A stretch of DNA of 64,000 nucleotides from Elusimicrobiales bacterium. Lineage in GTDB: Bacteria > Elusimicrobiota > Elusimicrobia > Elusimicrobiales > UBA9959. A program made the translations under genes and the position numbers. The notes beneath the pieces were generated by a model that worked only from the letters and a program-made list of their open reading frames with translations, had not been told where the DNA came from and did no database searches. Below, piece after piece: positions 24,578 to 37,832 of this stretch (within the stretch, counting starts at the first letter, position 1; each line of letters begins with the position of its first letter). The stretch covers positions 539,346 through 603,345 of the forward strand of contig JBFXJL010000001.1 of NCBI GenBank assembly GCA_050174915.1. Reading direction: 5' to 3'.

Positions 24578-25906
24578 ATGGCAAAGATCATACCTATCGA
24601 CGTGCTGGGCGAATGCGGGCACCCCTCGCCGTTCAAGGCCAATTACCCGAAGTTCTTTACCGACGACAACGGCGTGATCCGGCTGGTACACGCCCTGGAC
24701 TACGCGCCCGGCGCCTCCGTTGAGGATATAGAATATTTCCAGCGGGCCGGGGCCCGCGAGCGCCTCTTCTTCAGGCCTGAGGAGACCACGGTGGGAGTAG
24801 TCACCTGCGGGGGCCTCTGCCCCGGTCTCAACGGCGTCATCCGCGCCGCCACTTTCTGCGCGGTCGAAGGGTACGGGGTAAAAAAGGTGCTGGGGTTCCG
24901 CTACGGCTACCAGGGCCTGGCCGACGATGAGACCTACCCGCCCCTGGAACTGATCCCCGATGATGTCGACGAGATCCACGAGAAAGGCGGCACTGTTCTA
25001 AAATCTTCCAGGGGCCCGCAGGACTCGGGCAGGATGGCAGAAACGCTGCGCCGCCGCGGCGTAAACGTGCTGATAGTTATCGGCGGCGACGGCACCCTGC
25101 GCGGCGCGCGGGGCCTGCAGACCGAGCTGAAAGCGCGGGGCCTGCCCATCGCCGTGGTCTGCGTGCCCAAGACCATAGACAACGATATCGGGGTTATAGA
25201 GCGCTCCTTCGGCTTCGAGACGGCCGTGCAGCAGGCCTCGGAAGTCATCACCCGCGCCCACGCGGAGGCCAAATCGATCAGGCACGGCGTGGGACTGGTA
25301 AAACTGATGGGCCGCGAATCCGGCTGGATAGCGGCCTCGGCCTCGGTCTCCAACAGCAACGTCAATTTCTGCCTCATCCCCGAAGTGCCGTTCGGCCTGG
25401 AAGGCCCCGGCTGCTTCTTCGACCATCTGCGGCGGCGGCTGGAAAACAAGGACCACGCCGTGGTCGTGGTGGCCGAGGGGGCCGGGCAGGCCCTGATGGC
25501 TCCCGCGAGCGGCGAGGACAGGTCCGGCAACCGCCGGCTGGCCGACATCGGGCCTTTCCTTAAAGACAGGGCCGAGGCCTGGTTCCGCCGGGCGGGGGTA
25601 GAGGTGAATATCAAATATTTCGATCCCAGCTACGCCATACGCAGCACCCCGGCCAACGCGGCCGATTCGGAATACTGCCTGCGCCTGGGTTATAACGCCG
25701 TTCACGCCGGCATGGCCGGCAAGACCGGCCTGGTGCTGGGGCTTCACAATGACCGTCTGGTGCATTTGCCCATAGCGCTCACAGCGGAGCGCAAGTTGGT
25801 GGACCCCCAGGGCTGGCTGTGGCAGATGGTGCTGCAGGCCACCCGCCAGCCGGTATGCATGCTGGGCAAGGCCGGACCCTCTACGGCAGCGCCGCAAAAT
25901 CATTAA
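24578..25906 (+). CDS. pfkA: 6-phosphofructokinase (PfkA family; GGDG motif suggests ATP-dependent)
   Basis: Motifs GVVTCGGLCPGLNGVIRA, LIVIGGDGTLRGA, VPKTIDNDI and KLMGRESGWIA. Confidence 0.85.
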   Translation: MAKIIPIDVLGECGHPSPFKANYPKFFTDDNGVIRLVHALDYAPGASVEDIEYFQRAGARERLFFRPEETTVGVVTCGGLCPGLNGVIRAATFCAVEGYGVKKVLGFRYGYQGLADDETYPPLELIPDDVDEIHEKGGTVLKSSRGPQDSGRMAETLRRRGVNVLIVIGGDGTLRGARGLQTELKARGLPIAVVCVPKTIDNDIGVIERSFGFETAVQQASEVITRAHAEAKSIRHGVGLVKLMGRESGWIAASASVSNSNVNFCLIPEVPFGLEGPGCFFDHLRRRLENKDHAVVVVAEGAGQALMAPASGEDRSGNRRLADIGPFLKDRAEAWFRRAGVEVNIKYFDPSYAIRSTPANAADSEYCLRLGYNAVHAGMAGKTGLVLGLHNDRLVHLPIALTAERKLVDPQGWLWQMVLQATRQPVCMLGKAGPSTAAPQNH

Positions 25907-25988
25907 AACAGCCTCTTGAAATTCCGCAAGAGGCGGGGCATTTCTGGGCGGTGCCTGCCCATGACGTAATGGTCAGCGAGGTTAGACA

Positions 25989-26168
25989 ATGAAGAAACTT
26001 GTGTTTTGGGAAATAGTACTTATACTGGCCAGCGTGCCGCTGTTCCGCTCGCTCTGGGAGTTGATGGACGGGATAGCGTGGTTCAGCGGCAGGCCGGGAC
26101 TCTACATTTCTTTCGCCGCCGGCCTCGCGCTGGCTTCGCTGGCAATTTTCCGGATCAACGAAGCGTAA
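25989..26168 (+). CDS. small hypothetical membrane protein (59 aa)
   Basis: Below the ORF-track size cut-off. ATG 25989 with GAGG 8 nt upstream. Translation: MKKLVFWEIVLILASVPLFRSLWELMDGIAWFSGRPGLYISFAAGLALASLAIFRINEA, with two hydrophobic helices. Confidence 0.45.
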   Translation: MKKLVFWEIVLILASVPLFRSLWELMDGIAWFSGRPGLYISFAAGLALASLAIFRINEA

Positions 26169-26244
26169 CAGACCGCCGGCGCCCGCTTTTCATTTTCGCT
26201 GCCCACGGCGGAAGGAAGCGCTCTCCCCTGATTCCCCGGCAGAA

Positions 26245-26275
26245 TAAAAAAGCACGACTCTTGTCGTGCTTTTTT
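26245..26275. terminator. bidirectional intrinsic terminator
   Basis: AAAAA AGCACGAC TCTT GTCGTGCT TTTTT, between the small + strand ORF and the convergent metallophosphoesterase gene. Confidence 0.75.
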
Positions 26276-26369
26276 CAGCAGGTCCTTTTGGCGGGACTAT
26301 TCCACGAACTGCCAGACGGCGCTCGAACCCAGAAGGCCATAGCGGGTAGCGGGACAAAGCAAGTTAAAA

Positions 26370-27545
26370 CTATTTTTGGATCTCGAAGGTGTCCACTATG
26401 TCGCCGGCCTTGTCGTAGACCGTCATCTTCAGGTACTTGTCCTTCACGTCGAAAATGGCAAAGTGGTAGACCGGCAGGAACCTGGCGGACCAGTCCTCGT
26501 TGCGGCGCTGGATGTAGAGCGGCGCGCCGCCGCCGCCCAGGGTGAGGTAGGTTATCCCCCCGGCCTGGTCCACCAGGCCTTCCTTCACCGGGTGCGTGCG
26601 TTCGTAATTATGATCGTGACCCTGCAGCACCAGGTCTACCTTGTACTTGTGCAGCAGCGGCTCCAGCGCGGCCACCAGTTCCTCGGTAGGGCCGTGCGCG
26701 CCGGTGGAATAGAGCGGCTCGTGCACCACCACGAACTTCCAGACCTTCTCGCCGGACTTGGAGAGGAAGCGCTCCAGCCACTTATACTGCTTGCTGCCGG
26801 GCTTAAGCGACGGCGCGAACTTGGCGCCGTAGAAATCGTTGACGTCGAGCACGAAGAACCGCGCGTGCGCGACGTCGAAGAAATAGTAATGGGGCGGCAG
26901 CCCGGTCAGCGGCGTGCTGTGGAAAGGCGTGAAGTTGGCGCGCAGGAAACCCTTGCCCGCCGGCGTCTTCAGGTCGCGGCCGTAGTCGTGGTTGCCCAGC
27001 GTCAGGAAGAACGGCGCGCGGGAGAGCAACGGCGCATAGGGCCGAAAATATTCCTCGTCGGCCATTTCCTCCAGGCCCTCGGACAGCACGTCGCCGGTAT
27101 GCAGCACGAACTCGGGGCTGAACTTAACCATCTGCGCGGCCAGGGCAAACTGTTCCTCAGAGCCGGAGCCGGAATCCCCGAAGGCGAGGAAATTAAAGTA
27201 GGGTTTATCCTCGCCGCGGAACGTGGTAAATGACCCCTCGAAGGCCTTGTAGACGGCGGTGCTGGCTTCGGCGGGCAGGTAGAGGCGGTAGCAATGGGTG
27301 GTGTCGGGCAGCAGCCCGAAGAGCGTAACCCTCTGTTCTTTCACGGCCGTGGTCGGGGTCAGGAAGCGCTCGCAGTCCGGCGCCGCGCCGTAGGACAGCC
27401 AGGCCTGGCTGGCCGCGTCCACCCGGAAACGCACGGTGACCATGTCGCGGGTCATGTTCTCCAGGTACGGGCCGCGCTCCAGCTGCGCCGCCAGGGACGG
27501 CGCGCAGCAGAGCGCTAGCAGCGGCAGCGCCGCCAGAAGCCTCAT
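26370..27545 (-). CDS. exported calcineurin-like metallophosphoesterase (purple-acid-phosphatase-like)
   Basis: ORF 26370..28160. The start is moved to ATG 27545, giving [20 protein letters not shown] (signal peptide). Motifs FLAFGDSGSG, LHTGDV, LGNHDY, VVVHEPLYS and LQGHDHNYERT. An N-terminal FN3-like PAP domain is present. The ATGA overlap with the adenine deaminase stop indicates coupling. Confidence 0.85.
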   Translation of the reverse strand: MRLLAALPLLALCCAPSLAAQLERGPYLENMTRDMVTVRFRVDAASQAWLSYGAAPDCERFLTPTTAVKEQRVTLFGLLPDTTHCYRLYLPAEASTAVYKAFEGSFTTFRGEDKPYFNFLAFGDSGSGSEEQFALAAQMVKFSPEFVLHTGDVLSEGLEEMADEEYFRPYAPLLSRAPFFLTLGNHDYGRDLKTPAGKGFLRANFTPFHSTPLTGLPPHYYFFDVAHARFFVLDVNDFYGAKFAPSLKPGSKQYKWLERFLSKSGEKVWKFVVVHEPLYSTGAHGPTEELVAALEPLLHKYKVDLVLQGHDHNYERTHPVKEGLVDQAGGITYLTLGGGGAPLYIQRRNEDWSARFLPVYHFAIFDVKDKYLKMTVYDKAGDIVDTFEIQK

Positions 27546-29287
27546 TTGCCGGCGGGCCCCTGGGTGAACAGCTCGGTCACCTTGAAGTTGACGGCGTCGA
27601 TGACGCCCCGGTCGGTGATGCGCAGCTCGGGGATGGGCGGCAGCGTGAGGAAGGCCATGGCCATGAACGGGTCGCTGAGCCGCGAGCCCAGCATCCGGGC
27701 GGTCTCGCCCAGCCGCTTGAGCTTCTCGCGCACGAACTCCGAAGAGCGGTCGCTCATCAGGCCGGCCACGGGCAGCGGCAGGGCTTCCAGCACCTGGCCG
27801 TTGAGCGCGGCCACTATGCCGCCCTGCATCTTGACCACCTGCACGGCGGCGGTGTACATGTCCCCGTCGTGCGTACCGATCACCACTATATTGTGCGAAT
27901 CGTGCGAGACAGAAGAGGCGATGGCGCCCTTCTTGAGGCCGAAGCCCTTCACCAGGCCCAGCGCTATGCGGCCGCTGGCCATGTGGCGCTCTATCACGGC
28001 GATCTTGAGGATGTCGCGGTCGGTATCGGAGGAGACGTAGCCGCCGTCCTGCTTGACCTTCTCCACGCTCATCTTGGTCACTATCTGGTCGGGGATAACG
28101 TTGATCACCTTGGCGCAGGGGCCCTGCGCCTTGAGCGCGAAGTCCTCGTGCTCGATCCACTTAACGTTCACGGTGCCGCGGGTCTTGCCCTCGTAGTCCT
28201 TGATGACGCCGGGGGTGATCTTGCGGTCGCTGGCTACCAGCCGGCCCTGCTTGAACACCTTGGTGACCTTGAGGCTCTTGAGGTCCTGCAGGATCACCAG
28301 GTCGGCCTGGTAGCCGGGGGCGATGGCGCCCAGGTTCTTGAGACCGAAATACTCGGCGGTGTTGATGGTGGCCATCTGGATGGCGCGGATCGGGTCCACT
28401 CCCAGCTTGATGGCGGTGCGCACCAGGTAATCGATATGGCCCTGCTTCTCGATGTCCTCGAGGTGGCGGTCGTCGGTGACGAAGAGGAACTTGCGGGAAT
28501 TCTCGGAGTTGACCAGCGGCAGCAGGTTCTTGAGGTTCTTGGCCGCCGTACCCTCGCGGATCATGATGTACATGCCGGCGCGCAGCTTCTCGGCGGCTTC
28601 CTTCACATCGGTGCACTCGTGGTCGCTCTTGATGCCGGCCGACACGTAGGCGTACAGCTGCTTGCCCTTGAGCATCGGGGCGTGGCCGTCTATCACCTTG
28701 TTCTTGGCGATGGCGAGTTTCTCCAGCACGCCGCGGTCGCGGTAGATCACGCCGGGGTAATTCATCATCTCGCCTATGCCCAGCACGCGCTCGTCGCCCA
28801 AGAGCAGCGACAGGTCGTGGGCGTCCAGCTCGGCGCCGGCGGTCTCCAGGTTGGTGGCCGGCACGCAGGAGGGCAGCATCACGTACACGCCCAGCATGGC
28901 GTTGAGGCTCGAAGACAGCATATACTTGATGCCGTCGAGGCCCAGCACGTTGGCGATCTCGTGCGGGTCGATGACCACGGAGGTGGTGCCGCAGGGCAGC
29001 ACGGTGCGGGCGAACTCCGGCACCTTCACCATGGAGCTCTCTATGTGCACGTGGCCGTCTATGAAGCCGGGGGCGAGGTAGGCGCCCTTGAGGTCCATGG
29101 TGGCCTTGGCCTTGTAGTCGCCGAAGCCCACCACCTTGCCGCCGTGTATGGCCACGTGGGTGCGGTGGATGTCGCCGGAAAAAGTGTTGACCACCCGGGC
29201 GTTCTTGAGCAGCAGGTCTACCCGCTTGCCGCCGCCGGAGATCTCTATCGTGTTCCTGAGGTTTTCAAGGTTGGAGTCTTTTTCCAT
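27542..29287 (-). CDS. ade: adenine deaminase
   Basis: 581 aa. Amidohydrolase metal site [16 protein letters not shown]. Length and the block order ...DGHAP...SDHE... are as in Ade/AdeC. Confidence 0.85.
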   Translation of the reverse strand: MEKDSNLENLRNTIEISGGGKRVDLLLKNARVVNTFSGDIHRTHVAIHGGKVVGFGDYKAKATMDLKGAYLAPGFIDGHVHIESSMVKVPEFARTVLPCGTTSVVIDPHEIANVLGLDGIKYMLSSSLNAMLGVYVMLPSCVPATNLETAGAELDAHDLSLLLGDERVLGIGEMMNYPGVIYRDRGVLEKLAIAKNKVIDGHAPMLKGKQLYAYVSAGIKSDHECTDVKEAAEKLRAGMYIMIREGTAAKNLKNLLPLVNSENSRKFLFVTDDRHLEDIEKQGHIDYLVRTAIKLGVDPIRAIQMATINTAEYFGLKNLGAIAPGYQADLVILQDLKSLKVTKVFKQGRLVASDRKITPGVIKDYEGKTRGTVNVKWIEHEDFALKAQGPCAKVINVIPDQIVTKMSVEKVKQDGGYVSSDTDRDILKIAVIERHMASGRIALGLVKGFGLKKGAIASSVSHDSHNIVVIGTHDGDMYTAAVQVVKMQGGIVAALNGQVLEALPLPVAGLMSDRSSEFVREKLKRLGETARMLGSRLSDPFMAMAFLTLPPIPELRITDRGVIDAVNFKVTELFTQGPAGK

Positions 29288-29419
29288 ATAGCCACCGCCT
29301 CTTATAATTTACTTTAAATTCTACATATTATGCCCCCGCCCCGCAAAGAGGCTAAACCCCGTTATTTTGTATCATACACTCAAAGCGCGGGGCGGCAAAC
29401 AGGGGGCGGTTTTACGCTT

Positions 29420-32779
<3,360 letters not shown>

Positions 32780-32781
32780 AC

Positions 32782-33549
32782 ATGGAGCTGCTGCACGAAC
32801 CCTACCTCCCCCTCACGCTGCTGGTCTTCCTGGCCGGCTTCGTGGATTCCATCGCCGGCGGAGGAGGCCTCATAACCCTGCCGGCCTACCTCGCCTTCGG
32901 GCTGAACCCGGCATTGCTGCTGGGCACCAACAAGCTGTCCTCTTCCATGGGCACGGCGGTGGCGGCTGCCAAGATGCTCAAGGAGGCCCGCTTCGGCCTG
33001 GATTTCCTGTTCATCCTGGTCGTGCTGGCCGCGGGCGGCTCTTTCCTGGGCGCGCGCCTGATCTCGCTGGTGCCGCCCGAAGCCATACGCTACCTGCTCA
33101 TAGTGCTGCTGCCGCCGATAGCGGTGTTCCTGGCCGCGCGGCGGCGCTTCGGCCTGGCCGACACCAGCCGGGCGCACTCGGAGGGGGCGCTGCTGCGGCG
33201 CTCGGGCGGGCTGGCTTTCGGGGTGAGTTTTTACGACGGACTGCTGGGGCCGGGCACCGGCACCTTTCTGGCGGTGGGCTTCGCGCGGCTGTGCGGCTAC
33301 GACCTGCTGCGCGCCACGGCGCTGGCCAAGCTGCTCAATTTGGTCTCCAACGTGGCGGCGCTGGCCGCCTTCCTCTGGCTGGGCGCGGTGGATATAAAAT
33401 TAGGCCTGGCCATGGGCCTGGCGGGCATGGCCGGCAATTATGCCGGGGCGCACGTGGCGCTTAAGCGGGGCGGCTGGGCGATAAGGCCCATGCTGCTCAC
33501 GGTTTCGGCCGCGCTGCTGGCCAAGATAGCCTGGGACATGCTCAGGTGA
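32782..33549 (+). CDS. TauE/SafE (TSUP, DUF81) family membrane transporter
   Basis: 255 aa. Family block FVDSIAGGGGLITLPAYLAFGLNPALLLGTNKLSS. The start lies 2 nt after the kinase stop. Confidence 0.8.
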   Translation: MELLHEPYLPLTLLVFLAGFVDSIAGGGGLITLPAYLAFGLNPALLLGTNKLSSSMGTAVAAAKMLKEARFGLDFLFILVVLAAGGSFLGARLISLVPPEAIRYLLIVLLPPIAVFLAARRRFGLADTSRAHSEGALLRRSGGLAFGVSFYDGLLGPGTGTFLAVGFARLCGYDLLRATALAKLLNLVSNVAALAAFLWLGAVDIKLGLAMGLAGMAGNYAGAHVALKRGGWAIRPMLLTVSAALLAKIAWDMLR

Positions 33550-34324
33550 GCAGGGCCAGCAGGCCGAACCGGCCGGTCTTCTCTCCGTCGCGCCGCCAGG
33601 AGTAGAACATCTCCTTCTCGGCGTAGGTGCACAGGTGCATGAACTCGTACTTGCCCACGCCCAGCGCCTCCAGCCGCAGCCGCAGCAATTCCCTCAGGTT
33701 GAAGAAATGCCGCCCTTCCTTCATGGTCAGGAAGTGCTTGTCCGCGCCGCCGGGGTAGAAGGCCTGCAGTTTTTTTAGAAAATCTTCCTTCACCGGGTAA
33801 TGCGCAGCCGAGATCATGGGCGAAACGCCGGCCACCACGTCGGCCGGCTCCGTGCCGTAATGCAGGCGCATAGCGGCCAGGGCGGCCCCATAGACGTCGA
33901 GCAGGGCCCCGCGCCAGCCGCTGTGGATTACGGCCAGCGCCTTATGCGCGGGGTCGTAGAAGACGGTGAGCGCGCAGTCGGCCGAGAGCGCCAGCAGCGG
34001 CAGCCCCTGCGCCGAGGTTACCAGCGCGTCGGTATTGTCGGGCGGCGTCCCGCCGCCGGCCTCCAGCACGGCCACGTTGGCGGTGTGGCGCTGGCGCATG
34101 CGGCCCAGGCGGGCCGGTTCGGCGCCCAGCGCTGCGCAGAACAGTTCCAGGTTGGCTTCCACGTTCTCTATTTTATCGCCGGTGCCGGAGCCCAGGTTCA
34201 GCCCGGCGTAAGGCCCCGTGCTGACGCCGCCCTGGCGGGTGGCCACGGCGCAGTCCAGGCCGGGCAGGCCTTTAAATACCCCAAAGCGCAGCAGTCTAAG
34301 ACCGTTCTTCTCTTCGGTATGCAT
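33542..34324 (-). CDS. pgeF: YfiH/PgeF-family laccase-domain protein (peptidoglycan editing factor)
   Basis: 260 aa. Motifs ALSADCALTVFYD, VIHSGWRG and CTYAEKEMFYSWRRDG. Confidence 0.85.
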   Translation of the reverse strand: MHTEEKNGLRLLRFGVFKGLPGLDCAVATRQGGVSTGPYAGLNLGSGTGDKIENVEANLELFCAALGAEPARLGRMRQRHTANVAVLEAGGGTPPDNTDALVTSAQGLPLLALSADCALTVFYDPAHKALAVIHSGWRGALLDVYGAALAAMRLHYGTEPADVVAGVSPMISAAHYPVKEDFLKKLQAFYPGGADKHFLTMKEGRHFFNLRELLRLRLEALGVGKYEFMHLCTYAEKEMFYSWRRDGEKTGRFGLLALLT

Positions 34325-34350
34325 GTTCCCCCCTGGCCCGGGCGCAGCGC

Positions 34351-35256
34351 CTAGGCTTTCAGACCCAGAATATAGGACTTCACAAAACGCGCCGGGTAAT
34401 AAGACTCTTTGGCCTTCTTGAGCCCCGGCAGGCCCAGGTCGTTCTCTTTGTTGATGAACCGGTACCCCGACGGCACGGTCTTGGCCGCCTCGCTGTCGAG
34501 GAACTGGTACAAGCCTTTAACCTCGGCGTCGGCCTTCTCGAAATTGAGCGTCCAGGTGTCGGCCGTCAGGCGCGACCCGAAAGCAAAGCCCGCTATTTTC
34601 CCCCCGGCCTCCACCGCCACGCCGCTCAGTTCCAGCTCGCGGAAATGAGAAAGGCCGTTGACGATGGCCTTGCGCTCGCAGTTGGGGATGTCGGCTATCA
34701 CCGGGCCGCCCTGCCGCGTCTGCCAGTCGTCAAAGACCTGCAGGCATTTCTCCAGCCAGGCGCCCTCGAGCGGGTGCACTTTTACGCCGGGCCCTGAGGC
34801 CTTGCAGAACTGGGCTATCATGTTGCGCTTGCGCGAGTACTTGTGGCCCTTGAGGTCCGCCAGGTCGGCGGTATTGTAAATATAATCCCCGTAGCCGCTC
34901 TCTTCGGTGACGGTGAAATAGGCCGCTATATTTTCGGCGCCGATGATCTCCAGGTAATCCTGCGGCACGTAGTGATATTCCCCAAAGCCCAGGGCTTTGG
35001 CAGTATCCGCCAGCTCTTTTGGCGTGGGAAAACGGAACGGGCGCAAGATGGGCAGCAGCAAGCGCCCCTGTTTGGGCTCCTCAATATCCACCTCGGAAAG
35101 GAACAGGGTGCCGTTCTCCTCGCGCCAGAAGGCCTCATGCACGCAACCGCTCCAGATTATCATCGAGGCGAGCGAGTAGGGGCAGAGCGGGTATAGCTGG
35201 GCGTCAAAGTAAGGTTTAAGGCGGGCATAATCGCCGGGGGTTATCTTTTTAAGCAT
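34351..35256 (-). CDS. DUF2156-like protein (MprF/LysX C-terminal-domain-like GNAT fold), function unknown
   Basis: 301 aa. The N-terminal pattern YARLKPYFDAQLYPLCPYSLASMIIWSG and the overall length resemble DUF2156 proteins. Assigned by resemblance only. Confidence 0.5.
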   Translation of the reverse strand: MLKKITPGDYARLKPYFDAQLYPLCPYSLASMIIWSGCVHEAFWREENGTLFLSEVDIEEPKQGRLLLPILRPFRFPTPKELADTAKALGFGEYHYVPQDYLEIIGAENIAAYFTVTEESGYGDYIYNTADLADLKGHKYSRKRNMIAQFCKASGPGVKVHPLEGAWLEKCLQVFDDWQTRQGGPVIADIPNCERKAIVNGLSHFRELELSGVAVEAGGKIAGFAFGSRLTADTWTLNFEKADAEVKGLYQFLDSEAAKTVPSGYRFINKENDLGLPGLKKAKESYYPARFVKSYILGLKA

Positions 35257-35668
35257 GGGGGCCGCCGATCATCATAGCTTCGCTGTCCGGCGGCGCGGTG
35301 AAGCCGAGGGCCCGGTAGAAAGGCGCAGAACCGGAGCTGGCTATCAGCCCCACCCACCTTATGCCGCCCGCCCGCAGGCGACGCACCAGCCGGCGCACCA
35401 ACTGCGAGCCAATGTCGCGGCCGCGGGCCGCCCGCAGCACCGCCACATCGTGGATGTAGGCTTCGCGGGAATGGGCGTCGATGGCCCTGGCCATGCCCAC
35501 CGCCCGGCCGCCGTCGAAAGCCGCCAGGAAGAGCCGGCTGCCTTTAACTATGCCGCCCAGCAGGGCGGGCTTGTCGTCCCGCTTCCACCAGCCCTGCTCG
35601 CGGTAGATCTCTATGAGCTGGGCCCTGGTTTTTGCGTCGGGGCGCTTGAGGAAACGGTAGGTTATCAT
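35249..35668 (-). CDS. GNAT-family N-acetyltransferase
   Basis: 139 aa. Acetyl-CoA binding block VAVLRAARGRDIGSQLVRRLVRRL...FYRALGF. 8-nt overlap with the downstream gene. Confidence 0.8.
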   Translation of the reverse strand: MITYRFLKRPDAKTRAQLIEIYREQGWWKRDDKPALLGGIVKGSRLFLAAFDGGRAVGMARAIDAHSREAYIHDVAVLRAARGRDIGSQLVRRLVRRLRAGGIRWVGLIASSGSAPFYRALGFTAPPDSEAMMIGGPHA

Positions 35669-35714
35669 CGCTGGAAAAATCCTAACTTATATACCCTCCG
35701 CCGGTCAAACCGCG

Positions 35715-35748
35715 GAAAATGAAAAGGCCCGGCGTGAACCGGGCCTTT
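35715..35748 (-). terminator. intrinsic terminator after the M14 carboxypeptidase gene
   Basis: The minus strand reads GGCCCGG TTCACG CCGGGCC followed by TTTTCATTTTCC. Confidence 0.7.
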
Positions 35749-35762
35749 CGTGTGCGCCTCTT

Positions 35763-37052
35763 TTAAAGCACTTTGTAAGGGTTGTCGGTGATGCCCAGCA
35801 GGTAGAGTCCGGCCTTTATATTCTTCTCCACCGAGTTCTTGATGATGGCCGCACCCGGGTAGAAGCCGCGGCCTTCGAGCTCGAAGGTGAAGGCGAAGGC
35901 GCCGGTGGCGGCGTAGGCCCAGTCGGCGCTGTCGCCGGTGGCCACGTACATGTCGCTGGACTTCTGCGAATAGTAGCCGGTCAGTTTGGCCATCGCGTCG
36001 CCGGCCTTGATGAAGACGTTGCGGTCTCGCTCGTCGGGCACGTCCGCCTCGTTGCCCCCCCAGGGGTACAGGATCAGGCTGCCGTAGGTGTGGTAGCTGA
36101 TATGCGTCCTGATGTTGCGCCGGCTTTCCATGAAGCGCTTGATATGCTGGCTCTCCGGCTCGGAGAAAGCCTTGGGGCCGCAGTAGGTGTCGGCGCCGGG
36201 ATAGGTGGAGGCCCCGGACTCGCACCACCAGGAGTCGAAATTGCGGTTCAGGTCCACGCCGCGGGAACCGTTGGCGTTCTTGGCCATGTTCTTGCGGTAG
36301 TACTGGTAGTCGCCGTTCTTGATGTCGTACTCGGCGCCGTCGGGGTTGCCCATCGGCAGCACGTAGATGTCCAGCGAGGAAATGTATTTCTTAATCTCGG
36401 CGTCGCTGCGGTGCTCGAGGAGCCACGCGGCGAAGAGCAGCGGCACTTCGTTGGCCAGGTGCTCGCGGGCGTGGATGTTGCCCAGGAAGAAGGCGCCCGG
36501 TTTGGAGCTGGGGGTCTCGCCCTTGGCGTTGGAGTTGACGCGCAGGCACCAGAGGTCGCGGCCCTCCACCGTTTTGCCGATGGAGAACAGCGAGGCGATG
36601 TCGGAATTCGCGGCGGCCAGGCTCCGCAGCCGGTCGGTGGTCTCCTGGTAGTTGTGGTATATCTCGTCCTGGGACGGGAAATCCTTGGCGAAAGAAGTGA
36701 AGTAGGCGGCGAGCGGGGTTTTGCCGAGCACGGTGACGGACTTGGAGGCGAGCAGGCCCTCCAGCTCGGGGCCGGCTATGCCGGACACGCGGTCCCGCTC
36801 CACTTCCACGATATCCAAGCCGGCTTCCAGCAGGGCGGTGCGCTCGCGCTTATCGGAAGTCTTTATAGTCACCCAGTAGCGGCCCTCGGCCTGCTGCACG
36901 AAAGCGGCTTTGGCTTCTGGGACGGAGGCGGACGCGGGCGGGGTGGTTATTTCGCGCAGCAGCTGCTCGTAGGAAACGTTGGCGTTATCGCCGGCGAGCG
37001 CGGTGACGGCGCTGACGGCCAAAAGGACAAAGGTGAAAAGCGTGTTCCGCAT
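35763..37052 (-). CDS. M14-family zinc carboxypeptidase, exported
   Basis: ORF 35763..37148. The start is moved to ATG 37052 (MRNTLFTFVLLAVSAVTALAG), which has GGAGG 8 nt upstream. Zn ligand blocks GNIHAREHLANE and ISYHTYGSLILYPWG, plus MGNPDGAEY. Confidence 0.85.
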   Translation of the reverse strand: MRNTLFTFVLLAVSAVTALAGDNANVSYEQLLREITTPPASASVPEAKAAFVQQAEGRYWVTIKTSDKRERTALLEAGLDIVEVERDRVSGIAGPELEGLLASKSVTVLGKTPLAAYFTSFAKDFPSQDEIYHNYQETTDRLRSLAAANSDIASLFSIGKTVEGRDLWCLRVNSNAKGETPSSKPGAFFLGNIHAREHLANEVPLLFAAWLLEHRSDAEIKKYISSLDIYVLPMGNPDGAEYDIKNGDYQYYRKNMAKNANGSRGVDLNRNFDSWWCESGASTYPGADTYCGPKAFSEPESQHIKRFMESRRNIRTHISYHTYGSLILYPWGGNEADVPDERDRNVFIKAGDAMAKLTGYYSQKSSDMYVATGDSADWAYAATGAFAFTFELEGRGFYPGAAIIKNSVEKNIKAGLYLLGITDNPYKVL

Positions 37053-37172
37053 GTTAAAAGCCTCCGCTGCGCTGTTGACTATAATCAATGTATTAATTAT
37101 AGGGCCTAAAAAGCAAATCACGCAAGACCAAAAGGCCCAAATACACATGGGTCCTAGGGCCCATGACGAATG

Positions 37173-37832
37173 TCAATCCAGTCTTATCAGGCCCCTCAGG
37201 CCCAACAATAGATACCACAGGCCGGCCAGCAGCAGGGTAAGCCGGCCTATTTCATTGGCACGGCGCCCTATCCAGGGGGTGCCCAGCAGCACAGGGGAGA
37301 TGAACAGGGAGGTGGCCAAGAAGAAACCGCCGAAATAAGAAAAGCCCTTCGCTATATCCGCCAGTTCCAGCAGGCGGATAAAGCCGGCGGCGAAAGGAGG
37401 GCAGATATTAAGGCCGGTCAGGAAGCCCAGGGCCAGCGGCAAGCGCTTGAAGTACGGGGTCAGGTCCCGCCGGAGCAGGCAGGGAGCGGCTTCCCCCCGC
37501 AACCGTGCGGCGGCGAGGTAAACCATCAGCAGGCCGCAAGCGGCCATGCAAAGCGGCAGCGCCCAAACCGGCAGGGCGTAGCGGCCGGCCTGGCCGGCCA
37601 GCGAGGCCAGCAGGGCGAACAGCATGTAGGCCGCAAACCTGCCGGTCAGGAATTGCAGAAAAATACCGAAGTTTAATTTCCAGGCGCTCCTGCCTTCGGC
37701 CAGCAGGTACGGCGCCAGCAGGGGCAGGCAGGAGGCCAGGCAATAGAAGCCAGTGGACAGGCCCAGCAGGAAGCCTTCCGAGAGGAGGGCCGGCACTCTT
37801 AGAGGGTAACTGCCCTGCTGCAGCGCTTGCAC
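37173..37832 (-). CDS. polytopic membrane protein, DsbD_2/CcdA-like (putative thiol-disulfide/electron transfer)
   Basis: 219 aa, about 6 TM segments. Membrane-embedded Cys/Pro motifs GFYCLASCLPLLAPYL and GLNICPPFAAGF. Family assigned by resemblance only. The annotated start overlaps the upstream zinc-ribbon gene by 34 nt, so the true start is uncertain. Confidence 0.4.
   Translation of the reverse strand: MQALQQGSYPLRVPALLSEGFLLGLSTGFYCLASCLPLLAPYLLAEGRSAWKLNFGIFLQFLTGRFAAYMLFALLASLAGQAGRYALPVWALPLCMAACGLLMVYLAAARLRGEAAPCLLRRDLTPYFKRLPLALGFLTGLNICPPFAAGFIRLLELADIAKGFSYFGGFFLATSLFISPVLLGTPWIGRRANEIGRLTLLLAGLWYLLLGLRGLIRLD

Noticed and set aside
26370-28160. N-terminal extensions given by the first-Met ORF calls (also 505..2253, 3979..6012, 6528..8096, 29330.., 35763..37148, 40621..41046, 44690..45784)
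   Set aside because: The extensions overlap upstream genes or lack family similarity. Internal ATGs give proper signal peptides or TM anchors and have SD-like sequences, so the starts were moved.
27869-29317. 482-aa + strand ORF antisense to adenine deaminase. Similar cases are 9636..10487, 14-15 kb, 20947..22218, 36090..37109, 45815..46726, 49453..50514 and 61000..62040
   Set aside because: All overlap well-supported genes on the other strand and have artefact-type composition.
29288-29419. Possible purine riboswitch upstream of adenine deaminase
   Set aside because: The minus-strand leader lacks the UAUAAU...CUACC core and three-way-junction pattern. The region is a short divergent promoter region.
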